From Octopus sinensis (taxonomy: Eukaryota): a DNA stretch of 64,000 nt. This document shows, piece after piece, positions 38,677 to 53,780 of the stretch. A program made the position numbers and the translations under genes. The stretch is from positions 63,550,001 through 63,614,000 of the forward strand of contig NC_043003.1 in the NCBI RefSeq assembly GCF_006345805.1, read 5' to 3'. The notes under the pieces are model-generated. The model was not told the origin of the DNA. It was given only the letters and a program-made list of their open reading frames with translations, and ran no database searches. How positions within the stretch are numbered: position 1 is the stretch's first letter; the number at the start of each line of letters is the position of its first letter.

Positions 38677-39250
38677 TGTATTTTTATGTGCGTTCGAACG
38701 CGAGTATGTGTACGTACATGTGTCCGTGCGTATGTATGTATGTATTTATGTACGTATGTATGAAGGTATGTATGTATGTATTACGTAAGGAGAGAGGGGG
38801 ACAAATAGTGATATGGACGGTGACAGACAGAGGAAGAATGAGTCAGATATTAAGAGAAGGAGAGACTGTCAAAGAGAAATAAATAGGAAAATAATTATAC
38901 CTTCAGAGAGTGAGGAAGAGAAAGAGAGGAAGAGAAAGAGAGAAATGGAGAGTGATAAAGGCAAAAGGAGAAAGGGTGAAAGTGAAAGTGAGAGGAAGAG
39001 AAAGGAGAGAGAGAAATAGAGTGAGAAAAAGAGAAAATGAGAGAGAAGGGGAGAGAGAAATAGAGAGACAGACAGACAGACAGACATAGACAGAGATGGC
39101 TAGCTGGTCGACTGGCGTGTTGGCTGGTAAAACCGACTGGCTGGCTGGCTGGCTGGTTCGATGGTTGGATGGATTGCTTGACGGATGGTTGGATGGATGG
39201 ATGCACATAACCATATAGATTCATAGATAGATAGATAAATAGAATGATAG
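37720..39250. repeat. Compound microsatellite field (GACA, TATG, GGTA, TA, TG, GA, TGGC, GGAT)
   Basis: Direct reading. Confidence 0.9.
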
Positions 39251-39955
39251 AAGCAAAGTTCATTCCTTTCTTGTATTTTAGAAGCGAAAGCAATTAATAA
39301 TTAAAACTAATTGTTATGATTTGGCAATATTCCTGTCAGAGTTTATCACCGGCCATAAATAAACTCGTGATATTAGTAACGTAACAATATTTCCTATTTA
39401 TTACGGAAATACATCTAAAACACATAAATTGATCAATACTCATAAAAACCACACATTACTTGTTTTGAAGGTTACTGAGATATGATGTAGCTGGCGAGTA
39501 ACATTTATGATACAACCAATCAAGTCTACACATTCATGCCGAAGTTCAACGATGCCCAAGGTCTATTTATTCTATTAAAGATTATTTTTTTCCCAGTGTA
39601 TCCGAATGGTAAAAATATTAAAAAAAGATGGCGACATAAAAATCGATAGTCAGCGTCTGAAATAACTTAATATCTTAACACAAACTAATAGTGAGAATTA
39701 TATCATCTGTAATGTGATATCTTATCTTGCATTCTTTGTTATATTAACTCGTATATTCATTGATATATTTGGATGAACTTCAGTCATCGAAATGAAAAAG
39801 AAAAAAAAAATGCGTGTGGTTAAGAAGTTCGCTTTACATCGACATAGTTTCTGGTTCAGTTTCACTGCGCTGCACCTTAGCTTTCTGTTATTAGTAACAG
39901 GCTGATTATGCCTTGTGAACGAAACAGGTAGATAGAATCTGTGTAGATGTCTGTC

Positions 39956-40044
<89 letters not shown>

Positions 40045-40049
40045 TATTT

Positions 40050-40688
40050 TTCTAAGTATTCTTTTCCAGTTGTACCAGGGTGTGATTGTCTTTTAGTATT
40101 TCATTTCAGTTTTCAAATATACAGCTAATAATATATCAACAAATTCTTTAAACTCCCAAGTCACCTTCATGCCAAATTTGCCCCCTCAAAACAAAAACAA
40201 GGCTTCTCCTCCAACAAACCCAAATTTGAACACAATTGGCTTATTATGTTATTCTGTGCAGCTACAGTCTTTAATATATCATTGTTCACAGGTGAGTGAG
40301 TTAATTAACCTTGTTGACTGACATAGAGAAAAAGAAAAAGGAAGAACTAAAACAAAAGAAAATTCTATCGATAGAAGGCATTGATGGCACGAGCAATGAT
40401 AAGGCGTCGGACTTCACTGGTGCCAGCACCAATTTCATAGAGTTTTGCATCACGAGTAATTCTTCCAACAGGGTAATCATTTATGTAACCATTTCCACCA
40501 AGGATTTGAATAGCATCCAAACCAACATGTTGAGGTTTTACATTATCAGGATCAGTCTTAGCATAAACTACTAACACGTCAGCATCTGGGCCGTTTGTAA
40601 TCCAAAACTTGTTTCCTGTCAGTTCATAATGGTCACCTTTAAATACAGCTTTGAGTTTCATAGAAACAACATCGGATCCACTTCCCGG
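40050..40688 (-). pseudogene. IVD: Intronless, internally deleted isovaleryl-CoA dehydrogenase copy with probable 3' UTR
   Basis: [43 protein letters not shown] fused in frame to [53 protein letters not shown] (ORF 40661-40365). GAGTSE (Ala where MCAD has its catalytic Glu) is IVD-typical. About 150 central codons are missing. Confidence 0.9.
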
Positions 40689-40763
<75 letters not shown>

Positions 40764-40808
40764 GTATGTATGTATGTATATATATACGTATATATAAATA
40801 TGTATATA

Positions 40809-40863
<55 letters not shown>

Positions 40864-40910
40864 TATATATATATATATATATGTATGTATGTGTGTGTGT
40901 GTGCGTGTAT

Positions 40911-41630
40911 TTTTGTGGTTTCATCTCAGAGCTGTGGGCATGCTGATGCACCACCATTTTGCTACCCTGTTATTAGTGAGATCCTCCTCCAATAAGTAGC
41001 ACTTGGTGAAGAATGGGGTTTGATATAGCTACCCTCATTTGCACCTCTTGATATGAGGTAGGTTATTTTGGGACTCACGACAGGAAGAGGTCCAGCCTTG
41101 ATTTAAAAACGCCTACATCTACTTTGTGCAGGTTCCTCAGGCTCTTTGGGAGAATTTTAAAAAGCTGTGGGTCCCTGAAACCCAGGCTGTTGCAGTAACT
41201 GGTCTTGAAGCGCGATGGCATTGCTGGGATCTTTGGCACTATGCAATGTCGACTCGTTCTGGCATTGGTGTAGCTTTCAATGCCAAAATTTAGCACAATT
41301 CCTTCCAGGATCTTCCAGATGTACATTACTGCATACCTCTCCCGCCTTCGCTCTAGGGAGTAGAAATTTAGATGTTTCAGCCTTTCACAGTAGCTGTTGC
41401 AATGAGACGATCTTCTTTGTGAAGCTTCGCTGGACTGCTTCAAGGTCCGCTGTTAATTTTACACTGTTGGGTGACCATAACTGGGAACAGTAATCCAGGA
41501 AGCTGAGGACGAATATCCTCCAGAGGACCATCATGGTTTCCTTATCTCTGGTTCTGAATATTCTTAGGATCCATCCAGCCAAACGTCTGAACTCTGTCGC
41601 CATCTTGGTAATGTGCACATGGAAAATGAG
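40911..41630 (-). mobile_element. CR1-like LINE 3' end
   Basis: AGWILRIFRTRDKETMMVLWRIFVLSFLDYCSQLWSP..VQRSFTKKI, then RLKHLNFYSLERRRERYAVMYIWKILEG...FKSRLDLFLS; 3' UTR ends ggtggtgcatcagcatgcccacagctctgagatgaaacc. Confidence 0.85.
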
Positions 41631-41827
41631 ACCCGCGTTTTCTCATTTTATTTAACATATACACGCTCACACACGATCCGCATTAGACTCCACACTCATA
41701 CTATTATCGAACTGGGAGTCTAACAGCGGTCCTTCCGTAACACTTACACACCCCTCACCTGCCTTTTGGATCTGCTGGATACCTAAACCTCTAATATACA
41801 TACACACATACATACATACAGACATAC

Positions 41828-41883
<56 letters not shown>

Positions 41884-42390
41884 GTATGCATTATGTATAT
41901 ATGTACATGTATTCAGTCATTAGATTGCGGCCATGCTGGGGCACTGCCTTGAAGAATTTTAGTTGATCGAATCGACACCAGTACTTATTTTTCATGACTG
42001 GTACTTATCAAGCGATAGTGGGGGACAAAGACAGCCACACACACACATACACGTTGTATTCCTCTCGTTTTGGTCTAACGACCCTCCATGTTTGTTTTCG
42101 TTCGGTCTCCTTGTATGCCTCCACTGTCCTGTTTTTGTTCCCAACTTTGACCGTCCATAAATCCTAAATTTTATTTTAGAATCTATGGGAGCAACTGCCT
42201 TTGAAGACTTATATTGTCGTTGAATGCTCGAAATGAGGTGTTGATCGACAGCCGACGACTGATGAAGTGTCCTTTCTCTGTGTTTATTTGTCCTGTTTCC
42301 CATTTTTTTCTCTCGTTGTTTACGTATTTAACTCGTTTGTTTGTGTGCTTCATGCTATTTGCACCGTTGGTGACGTCCTCTACTCATATA

Positions 42391-42426
<36 letters not shown>

Positions 42427-43548
42427 CATATATATATGTATGTATGTATGTATGTATATATGTATGTATAGCAAAGTAGGGAGACAAATCCAGGTAGACA
42501 TCAATTCAGTCGCAAATTTGGTTCTGACCACACACAGTATTCATTCCAGTTAAAATACTTAATGTAGTAGGTCCCGAGAAAATGTAATAAGGTAGACAAT
42601 GGAAACAGATACAACAATACTTCATTTATTTATTCACATGAATAAATAATTTTCCGACACATGTTTCTGCTTAATTACTACGAGTATATCTATTTTACTT
42701 AGATAATCAAATAAATAAACAGTTAAATAATTGTCAATACAATGCATTTACTAAAAAAGCTTCTTCAAGGATTCCAGCGAAATTTTTAGCTACACTATTC
42801 AAAAACATTTATAAACCAAATTATCAAAATCGCCACAACTATTATGAACGCTAAAAAATATAAAAAATAAAACAAAAATTTGCTACGTATAATGGAAAGA
42901 AAAAATTAATTTCGTAGAACGATCAGAAATCGAAATAGAACAATAATGTCACTTCGGTGCTCTCCCACTTTCTATTCCAAGCAGTCAAAGTTACAGCACA
43001 ATATAACGAACATTTTATCTGAAAAATAAAAGATATTATTAATTCTAAAGATTCCCCATCCCAGCAAAATATTAACCTCATCATCCATATATGATTAATT
43101 GATACCTCGTGATTTATCAAATATACCCCCCACACACACACACACAACAGGCTTCTTTCAGTTTCCGTCCACTAAATCCACTGGCAAGGCTTTGGTCGGT
43201 CCGAGGCTATAGTTGAAAACTCTTGCCCAAGGTGCTACGCAGTGGGACTGAACCTGGAGCCATGTTATTGAGAAGCAAACTTTTTACCACATAGCGACAT
43301 CTGCCCCAATATATATGTGGGTGCATGTGTGTATGTATGTCTGTGTATGTGTGTGTGTATGTATGTGTGTGTGTGTGTGTGTTTGTTTGTTTTGGTTTGT
43401 ACATGTACCCCATCTCCATTTGACCAGCAGTTGTTTGTTTACGTCCTGGTAACCTAGTGGTTTGGCAAAAGTGACCGATAGAATAAGTGCCAAATTAAAA
43501 AAAATATCAACGATACATATTACAAACACTCATTTACACAATACATAC

Positions 43549-43596
<48 letters not shown>

Positions 43597-44525
43597 CTTA
43601 TTGCCTTCTGAGCGGGTCATTTTGATAAACTATAAAAGAAGATGTATAAGGTTTCGGTCACTGCTGGAAAAATTTAACGTTGCAGTAAATAATGTTATTC
43701 GAAGCCAGAAGTAACAACGGAAAATTGCTATCTGTTGAATTTATTGAATATGATTTAAGCCTTTCTATGGCTGCCAGTCAGACACTAGAAATGACAGACG
43801 CAACCAATAAATGACATCTGCCTATACTGCTTCCTCATCCTCGTCGTTATCGTCTTCCCTCCTCCTCCGAAAATAACTGTAAAGATTACTTGTGGATTAC
43901 AATACGACTAAAAGCAGAGCACCTAAATTGTAAATTGTTGGCATATGGAAAGAATTAGAGCATTAAAGTATCCATGGTAATTATACTGTGCTCTCGAAGG
44001 ACTACTACATTGTTTGTTGGTTGGTTCTTTTTAAACTCATTCCACGGGTTTGTGAAATTCTGTTTTCAGATAACGAAACAGCATAGAAAAACCTCGTTAA
44101 TAAGTGCTAAGTAGCAGCCGGAGGTCAAAACTATTCATGTTTAAAATAAACTCAACGTTGAAGTTATTAAAAGCCATGTTTTATTGACAAGTTATCAGCC
44201 AGTGATAAAAAGGAGGTGAATTTGCTTAATAAAGCAAGAATCATTCTTTAGCATTTCTCTTTTAAAATTTCAGGTCATGAAAATTCATATTTTCACAACC
44301 AATAGAAATTTCGATAGCCTAGCGAAATATTCTAGTTTCTACAAAAATAAACATTACTTTACAGTTCTTTAAAAGTCTAAATCATTTTCCTCTCATTCTT
44401 TATATATATATATATATACACACACACAAACACATTACTATGTATGCAAATGTGGAATGGCACTAGCTGTAATATACGTGTGTATGTGTGCGTGTGCGTG
44501 TGTGTGTGTGTGTGTGGTGTGTGTG

Positions 44526-44559
<34 letters not shown>

Positions 44560-45046
44560 ACATATTTATGTAGATGAGTAAAACATATTTAAGACGTTCG
44601 TGTAGATATTTATATCAAGAGTACAAACATACTTGACACGTTTATGTGCACTTGGACGTTGGGAGACCTTTCACTGGGGAAATAATATAGGAAAATTTTT
44701 TTATCATCGACAATATGCATAAAATCATATCAGTGGACTATGAATGACGTCACTGGACCGTAGACGGACGTGTTCCTACGAAGTTAAGTGCTATCAGCTA
44801 CAAACAGCAAATTCGTTGTTCATAGCCTTTCAAGATCGCTTGTTCTTATATATTTAAACAACAACTACTATATTTGTTAATGCGCGCGAAGTAAGGCCCA
44901 GGTGGAATTAATTAACTAGAGGCACACGAAGAGAATTTTCTTTCAAGAAAAGTCTCAGCGAATGATTCTGCCATGTTCGAGTGTACAGGTAGGAGTTAAA
45001 TATGATTGTACATATCTACGAGTCATCCAACACTGCTTCTTGTGCT

Positions 45047-45860
<814 letters not shown>

Positions 45861-46309
45861 ATGAAGGTATGTACATATGTATATAGGCCGATGGAAATTG
45901 ATAGTGGGTAAAAATGTTCTTTGATATATTTTGTTGAGTATTTTAGTCTTTGAGTGTAAGTAAGAAAGAAGTTCTTATTAAAATGCAGATTATCATATTT
46001 TCAGAATTCTATCATGATGTATCGCCTAAATTGCTTTAATGTTGCACGGAAGCGCCGCCGAGTGACAATTTCAATCAACTCGAAATATATCGACAATCCC
46101 TTGTGTAGTGAAGAGATTTTTTTTTTTTTAATTTGGAATCCATTTCTTTTCATCGATGTAAATTAATGTACGAATTTATTAACATCGATATTTGCGGAAG
46201 AATAAAAAAAAAAAGAAACAAAGAAATAAAAATGACACAAATAAAACCAAGCAACAAAAAAAACTCTCTTTTGATTCCTGTTCAACTTTAACCTCATACA
46301 TTCCTATAT

Positions 46310-46530
46310 CTTGGTTTCAAATTTTGGCACAAGGCCAGCAAGTTCGGGGAGTGGGGCGGGGTGGATAAGTCGATTACATTAACCCCATTGATAAGCTGGT
46401 ACATATTTTATCGACCCTGAAAGGAGAAAAAACAAAGTCTACCTCGGTGGAATTTGAACTCAGAACGTAAAAACGGACGAAATACCGCTAAGCATTTTGT
46501 TCGGTGTGCTAACGATTCTGCCAGAACGCG
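46310..46530 (-). mobile_element. SINE family A
   Basis: aattttggcacaaggccagc...atttgaactcagaacgtaa...aacgattctgccag. Confidence 0.85.
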
Positions 46531-47659
46531 GCCTCATACATTCTTAAATACTGCAGAACAGTGTAATGAGGAATCACCAAGTTATCATCTATGTATGCGG
46601 TATTTTGGACATGTAACTTCTACCATGGCCTTGGGTTGACTAAAACATCCCGGGGAAAATATTGTTAATCAGAGCAGCCATTCGTGGTTCATTTGAAACA
46701 GCTGTACCACACTTGGAGTATTTGTAAGTTCTTTGACTTCACTGTTTTTTTTTGTTTTATCTTTTTGTTTTATCAATCCCAATACTTATTTTTTATTTAT
46801 TATTATTTTTTGCTTTGTTTAGTCGGGTACTTATTCTGCCGAACCGCTAAGTTACAGGGACGTAAACACCTCAACAGCAGTTGCCAAGTGGTGGTAAGGG
46901 ACAAAGACATACACATAGACACATTTGTATGTATGTATGTATGTATGTATGTATGTATGTATGTATGTATGTATGTGTATGTATGTATGTATGTATGTAT
47001 GTATGTATGTATGTATGTATGTATGTATGTATATATGTACAAGCTGTTGGACTCAGCGTTGCACGTGTTTACCGTGTTGAAGTTAAGTTCGCCTCTGACC
47101 TTGTATTGAATAAGCATTTCCTTAAAGACTATTCTATCAATTTTGTTGAAATTTTACACGTGAAAAAATGTAAAAGATGCAAGAGAAATGACATCTTTAT
47201 AGGAATTTCCATTCAAACGCCCAATTGAGCTCACAAAAATCGATGCCAACTCACCAATATCGAGTTTTCCAAAAATTCCGGCCTTATTTGAAATTCAGGA
47301 CATGTGATCTACCTATGTGCCAAAAATCATTAAAATTGGCTGGACGGCGTGGGAGGAGATAGAGTAACCCCAAACACACACACACACACACACCACACAC
47401 ACACACACAACACACACACACACACACACAGGTACCATTACACATTTATGTATATGTATGTATGTGTATATATGTACGACGAGCTTCTTTCAGTTTCCGT
47501 CTACCAAATCCACTCACAAAGTCTTGGTCTACCCGAAGATACAGTGCAAGGTGCCACGTAATGGTGCTGAACCCGGAACCATGTATTTAGGAAGCAAACT
47601 TCTTGCCACACAGCAACACTTGCACCTATATATGTATCTATGCGATGAACTCACTTCTC

Positions 47660-47945
47660 TTTCCATTGCTCAGTAAGCGTTGAGTCTAAATAATACGATG
47701 CGACGCTGTCTTGTTTTTGCATCTCTCCATTCAACATAGACCATGGTGGTGCCACTGTTGTTGATGCAGTTTCCATTCATTAATAGTATCTTCCTTGTCC
47801 GGTTGTCCAAATCACGGATTTCTTCAAGTGTCCAGAACAACCTCCCAAACGCTGTTACTAACACTGGCAGTGCAAAGCATTGTGGGATATAGTTTTATTG
47901 GATGCAGACACCAATGAGTTTCATACATTCCCAAATCTGCTGAAG
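47660..47945 (-). mobile_element. R4/Dong-like post-RT fragment
   Basis: SNKTISHNAFALPVLVTAFGRLFWTLEEIRDLDNRTRKILLMNGN, matching the R4-type N.FA.PVL.Y.FG...W...L..LD.KTRK.L pattern. Confidence 0.7.
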
Positions 47946-48139
47946 TATTCTTTGGTCTCTATAGCTGAACTCACAGCATCACCATATGCAATATTTTTGT
48001 CGATTCTGAGAATGAATCAGTGAAATAGTCATGAGGCATCATCTATTCAGAAATACAGCAGAAAAATTCTTTATGGATAAATGACTAATAAATCTAATAT
48101 ATTTGTCTGTAATTTATGCAAAGCATGTACAGGTAAAAC

Positions 48140-48440
48140 AAAATAATAAATCGACGCCAGTACTTAACCGCTAGGTTACGGGGCTGCAAACGTTCCAATA
48201 CCAGTTGCCAAACAGTGGTGAGGAGACAAACACACACACCACACACACACACACACACATACACACACAGACACAAACACACACACACACAAATATATAT
48301 AACGAGCTTCTTTCAGTTTCCGCCGACTAAATCCACTCAGAAGGCTTTGGTCGGTCCGAGGTGCCACGCAGTGGCACTGAACCCGGAACTATGTAGTTGG
48401 GAAGCAAGCTTCTTACCACACAGCCACGCTTGCGCCTGAT
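48140..48440 (-). mobile_element. SINE family B
   Basis: ttcagtttccgccgactaaatccactc...gtgccacgcagtgg.actgaacccggaac...ccacacagccac. Confidence 0.85.
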
Positions 48441-49201
48441 GTTTTGTTTATTTTATCAAATTATTTTTTGTTTAGCACAGTTCAACCTTGATCAGGTAGA
48501 CCTACGAACAAAGGCATTCCAGTCGCCATCTTCACGTCTAACGGTTGTGACCACAGCTGTGACTAACATTATCTAATATATCCTTTTTATTATGGTGTAT
48601 CAATTCAAAGGGATTTGTTTGCTATTTCTAGCAGGCCGAGCGACCACATACAGGCGTTCTCGTTGACTCACTCATGTTTTCTGGAAAATATTAATAGAAT
48701 AGTAAATATTCAAATCTCAGTGGTTTTAATGAATTTGATGTTTCTGTTTATCTTTAGAACAAATAAATATATTAATATCAAACACAAATGTTGCTTTGAA
48801 ACACGATATACAAGAGATAAATATTAAAAAGTAGACAATGTCTTTAATATCTGGGAGCAATAGTTTCTATCTTGGGACTTATAAAATATTGCATTTCATC
48901 TTTTATCTTTAACTTGTTTCAGTCATTGGACTGCGACCATGCTGGGGCACCGCTTTGTGTGGTACTTATCCTGTTGATGTCTTCTTTGTCCTAACTACTT
49001 AATTACGGGTAAATAAACAAGCCTTAATTACGGGTAAATAAACGGCGGTGCATCAGTATGGCCGCAGCTCTGAGCTGAAACTAGAGAAAATGAAAAAAAA
49101 AGTCTACACCGATTGCAACGCGGTAGGCGAAACAAGCACAGGCACAAACACACACATACACACACACACATATATATGTATGTGTATGTATATGTGTATA
49201 C

Positions 49202-49233
<32 letters not shown>

Positions 49234-50684
49234 ATATATATAAATATAAATATACTTACATACATACACACAGACGTGCGCTTATATATATATATATATA
49301 TACAACGAAATAGTACTGCATCCCGGCGTTGTATTGTTTGTGCCTTTCTTATGGACAGAATCAGCACAGCTGATGTATAGTGAAATGGTTGGGGGTAGGG
49401 TACAATTTGCATGGGTTTGCATGAAAGGGCTTTTTGTTTTTAAGAAGAATCACGAACTATGTATTGTTTCATCGTATAAAATGGGGTTAATGTGATTTTG
49501 CCCGAAAATCACGTTTTCAAAATTTAAATTTCCCTCGTCCCCACCGCAATTTCTTAATTTGTAACTTTTTTTCGAATTAAATTTTTTTTTATCCACGTAG
49601 AAAAATACAGAGATTACGAATCTGGCAAATATATATATATATTTTTTAAAGTTTAATTTTTCATTAAGAAATACTGAATACCCCTTCCCCCACCTCACCC
49701 ACCCATCACCTACCCGCTTTCAAAAAACTAAAACGTCTCAATGTTTCACTTTCGTCTGGTGTTTCAAGCATGCATAGAATTGTACTGAAATAGCAGATGT
49801 AAAAAATACCAGACCACCACCGGAAAACCTGACATGCTAGAAACAACAGGTAAACGACATTATTTCCGAAGAAACTTTACCGCTTTCCATAAAGCTAAAA
49901 GTGAAGCATTGAGAGTTTGCAGCTTTTTGAAAGTGGTGAGGTGATGGGTGGATGTTTTGGAAAGAGACTGGGGTGGGGAGAGAGAAAATTAAGATATTGA
50001 GAACGTGTTTTTGGGGCGAAATCCTAATCTCCTGTTTCGAAAACACAGGAATCGGAAGAAATTTAGAAAAAAAAAAATAAGGTGGAGGACGCAAATGTCA
50101 CTTCCGCAATGCTAGAAAGAATAAGTAAAGGACAGGATTTCTGGAAAAACTCCCTCTTAAGTTTATATTGCAGATCGGTTTTTCAAATACGCTCATCACA
50201 AACACAAATTACAGAATGGATAAAGGTGATTTCAATTGGATTTGAGCTGTAATTTTGCGCATGCACACAACAATAAATAACATAATTCGTACAGAAGATT
50301 TACCATATGTGTGTGAATCTGCCGAATCAAGTTATTTCATGGCATTCTTTCGTTTGAAGCAGCAAAGTTTTCAACTCGATCATATGGTCGATCATATGGA
50401 ATCATATGATTGTTAGTTCATTTCTGTAATTTTTTTTATTTCTTTATGCTTTGAAGAGAGCAGAAATTGAAAGAGAGGAGAAAGTGAAAAGCAATATTTA
50501 CTTTGAAGTGAGAGGAGAAAGTGAAAGATATATGTATGTGCATATGAAATGGACGTGTGTGCGTGTGAGTGTGAGAGAGAGTGAGTGAGTGAGCGAGTGA
50601 GTGAGTGAGTGAGTGAGCGAGTGAGTGAAGGTGTGTGTTGTCATGTATGTATGCTTTTTGCTTGAATGTGTAAGTGGCACTCAA

Positions 50685-50728
<44 letters not shown>

Positions 50729-51204
50729 GCACACACACATCATCGTTCACATACATGTACATAAATACATATGCATACATCGTTTTTGTATGTATATGTT
50801 CGTGTGCATGTGAGAGAGAGGGAGTGACTGTATCTCCTCATAACGTATAGAGAAATGGATGTCGTTTAATGAGTGACTAATTCGGAGAAACATTACTTTT
50901 ATTATTCACACATCGTCACTCTCGTAATGCAACATATTGTAATTTTGGTTCAAATTGAAAGTGTGAAACTGTTTCCATTTTCTAATGAAACCTGATCGTT
51001 GTAGAGCAGTGTCTTTCAAATAAATATAGCTGGTTGTTGAGATAATGTAGATATTATGTAAATGATAATAAAGTTTATTTGGTAACCGAAAGATTACTGA
51101 ATCTTTTGATACCCCAGAGTCAAAATCGGCAACTCAGTTTTCAAATGCATAAGGAACATACGCGCACGCGCACACACACACAAACTCTTTCTGCCTCGTA
51201 TTTA

Positions 51205-51461
51205 TTTATGCACCCTTTTCAAGCTTAGTCAGGCTCATGGGCCCGGTTTCTCGGTTTCTGTGGCGCCCGTCCATCGCAGCGTTACCCAGGAACAGGAAGA
51301 AAGAGTGAGAAAGTTGGGGCGAAAGAGTACAACAGGGGTCACCACCACCCCCTGCCGGAGCCTCGAGGTATTTTCGCTCAATAAACACCCACAACGCCCG
51401 GTCTGGGAATCGAAACCGCGATCCTCCGACCGCGAGTCCGCTGCCCTAAACACTAGGCCTC

Positions 51462-51465
<4 letters not shown>
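51205..51465 (-). mobile_element. SINE family C (duplicated at 53490-53750)
   Basis: rc head ggaggcctagtgtttagggcagcggactcgcggtcggaggatcgcggtttcgattccc. Confidence 0.85.
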
Positions 51466-51504
<39 letters not shown>

Positions 51505-52971
51505 GTGTGTGTGTGTGTATATATATATAAATATAAATATACTTACATACATACACACAGACGTGCGCTTATATATATATATATATACAACGAAATAGTA
51601 CTGCATCCCGGCGTTGTATTGTTTGTGCCTTTCTTATGGACAGAATCAGCACAGCTGATGTATAGTGAAATGGTTGGGGGTAGGGTACAATTTGCATGGG
51701 TTTGCATGAAAGGGCTTTTTGTTTTTAAGAAGAATCACGAACTATGTATTGTTTCATCGTATAAAATGGGGTTAATGTGATTTTGCCCGAAAATCACGTT
51801 TTCAAAATTTAAATTTCCCTCGTCCCCACCGCAATTTCTTAATTTGTAACTTTTTTTCGAATTAAATTTTTTTTTATCCACGTAGAAAAATACAGAGATT
51901 ACGAATCTGGCAAATATATATATATTTTTTTTAAAGTTTAATTTTTCATTAAGAAATACTGAATACCCCTTTCCCCACCTCACCCACCCATCACCTACCC
52001 GCTTTCAAAAAACTAAAACGTCTCAATGTTTCACTTTCGTCTGGTGTTTCAAGCATGCATAGAATTGTACTGAAATAGCAGATGTAAAAAATACCAGACC
52101 ACCACCGGAAAACCTGACATGCTAGAAACAACAAGTAAACGACATTATTTCCGAAGAAACTTTACCGCTTTCCATAAAGCTAAAAGTGAAGCATGAGAGT
52201 TTGCAGCTTTTTGAAAGTGGTGAGGTGATGGGTGGATGTTTTGGAAAGAGACTGGGGTGGGGAGAGAGAAAATTAAGATATTGAGAACGTGTTTTTGGGG
52301 CGAAATCCTAATCTCCTGTTTCGAAAACACAGGAATCGGAAGAAATTTAGAAAAAAAAAATAAGGTGGAGGACGCAAATGTCACTTCCGCAATGCTAGAA
52401 AGAATAAGTAAAGGACAGGATTTCTGGAAAAACTCCCTCTTAAGTTTATATTGCAGATCGGTTTTTCAAATACGCTCATCACAAACACAAATTACAGAAT
52501 GGATAAAGGTGATTTCAATTGGATTTGAGCTGTAATTTTGCGCATGCACACAACAATAAATAACATAATTCGTACAGAAGATTTATCATATGTGTGTGAA
52601 TCTGCCGAAGCAAGTTATTTCATGGCATTCTTTCGTTTGAAGCAGCAAAGTTTTCAACTCGATCATATGGTCGATCATATGGAATCATATGATTGTTAGT
52701 TCATTTCTGTAATTTTTTTAATTTCTTTATGCTTTGAAGAGAGCAGAAATTGAAAGAGAGGAGAAAGTGAAAAGCAATATTTACTTTGAAGTGAGAGGAG
52801 AAAGTGAAAGATATATGTATGTGCATATGAAATGGACGTGTGTGCGTGTGAGTGTGAGAGAGAGTGAGTGAGTGAGTGAGCGAGTGAGTGAGTGAGTGAG
52901 TGAGCGAGTGAGTGAAGGTGTGTGTTGTCATGTATGTATGCTTTTTGCTTGAATGTGTAAGTGGCACTCAA

Positions 52972-53013
<42 letters not shown>

Positions 53014-53489
53014 GCACACACACATCATCGTTCACATACATGTACATAAATACATATGCATACATCGTTTTTGTATGTATATGTTCGTGTGCATGTGAGA
53101 GAGAGGGAGTGACTGTATCTCCTCATAACGTATAGAGAAATGGATGTCTTTTAATGAGTGACTAATTCGGAGAAACATTACTTTTATTATTCACACATCG
53201 TCACTCTCGTAATGCAACATATTGTAATTTTGGTTCAAATTGAAAGTGTGAAACTGTTTCCACTTTCTAATGAAACCTGATCGTTGTAGAGCAGTGTCTT
53301 TCAAATAAATATAGCTGGTTGTTGAGATAATGTAGATATTATGTAAATGATAATAAAGTTTATTTGGTAACCGAAAGATTACTGAATCTTTTGATACCCC
53401 AGAGTCAAAATCGGCAACTCAGTTTTCAAATGCATAAGGAACATACGCGTACGCGCACACACACACAAACTCTTTCTGCCTCGTATTTA

Positions 53490-53746
53490 TTTATGCACCC
53501 TTTTCAAGCTTAGTCAGGCTCATGGGCCCGGTTTCTCGGTTTCTGTGGCGCCCGTCCATCGCAGCGTTACCCAGAAACAGGAAGAAAGAGTGAGAAAGTT
53601 GGGGCGAAAGAGTACAACAGGGATCACCACCACCCCCTGCCGGAGCCTCGAAGTATTTTCGCTCAATGAACACCCACAACGCCCGGTCTCGGAATCGAAA
53701 CCGCGATCCTCCGACCGCGAGTCCGCTGCCCTAAACACTAGGCCTC

Positions 53747-53750
<4 letters not shown>
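53490..53750 (-). mobile_element. SINE family C, second copy within the duplication
   Basis: Differs from 51205-51465 at 5 positions. Confidence 0.85.

Positions 53751-53780
<30 letters not shown>

Larger units (their letters stand above)
49205..53775. repeat. Direct tandem duplication, 2 x ~2285 bp
   Basis: ORF pairs 49450/51735 and 51206/53491 are offset by exactly 2285; only scattered substitutions and indels; all junctions lie in (TA)n. Confidence 0.95.

Noticed and set aside
40365-40661. Functional IVD gene or true exon
   Set aside because: Two distant protein regions are fused without an intron or splice signals, and the catalytic region is absent.
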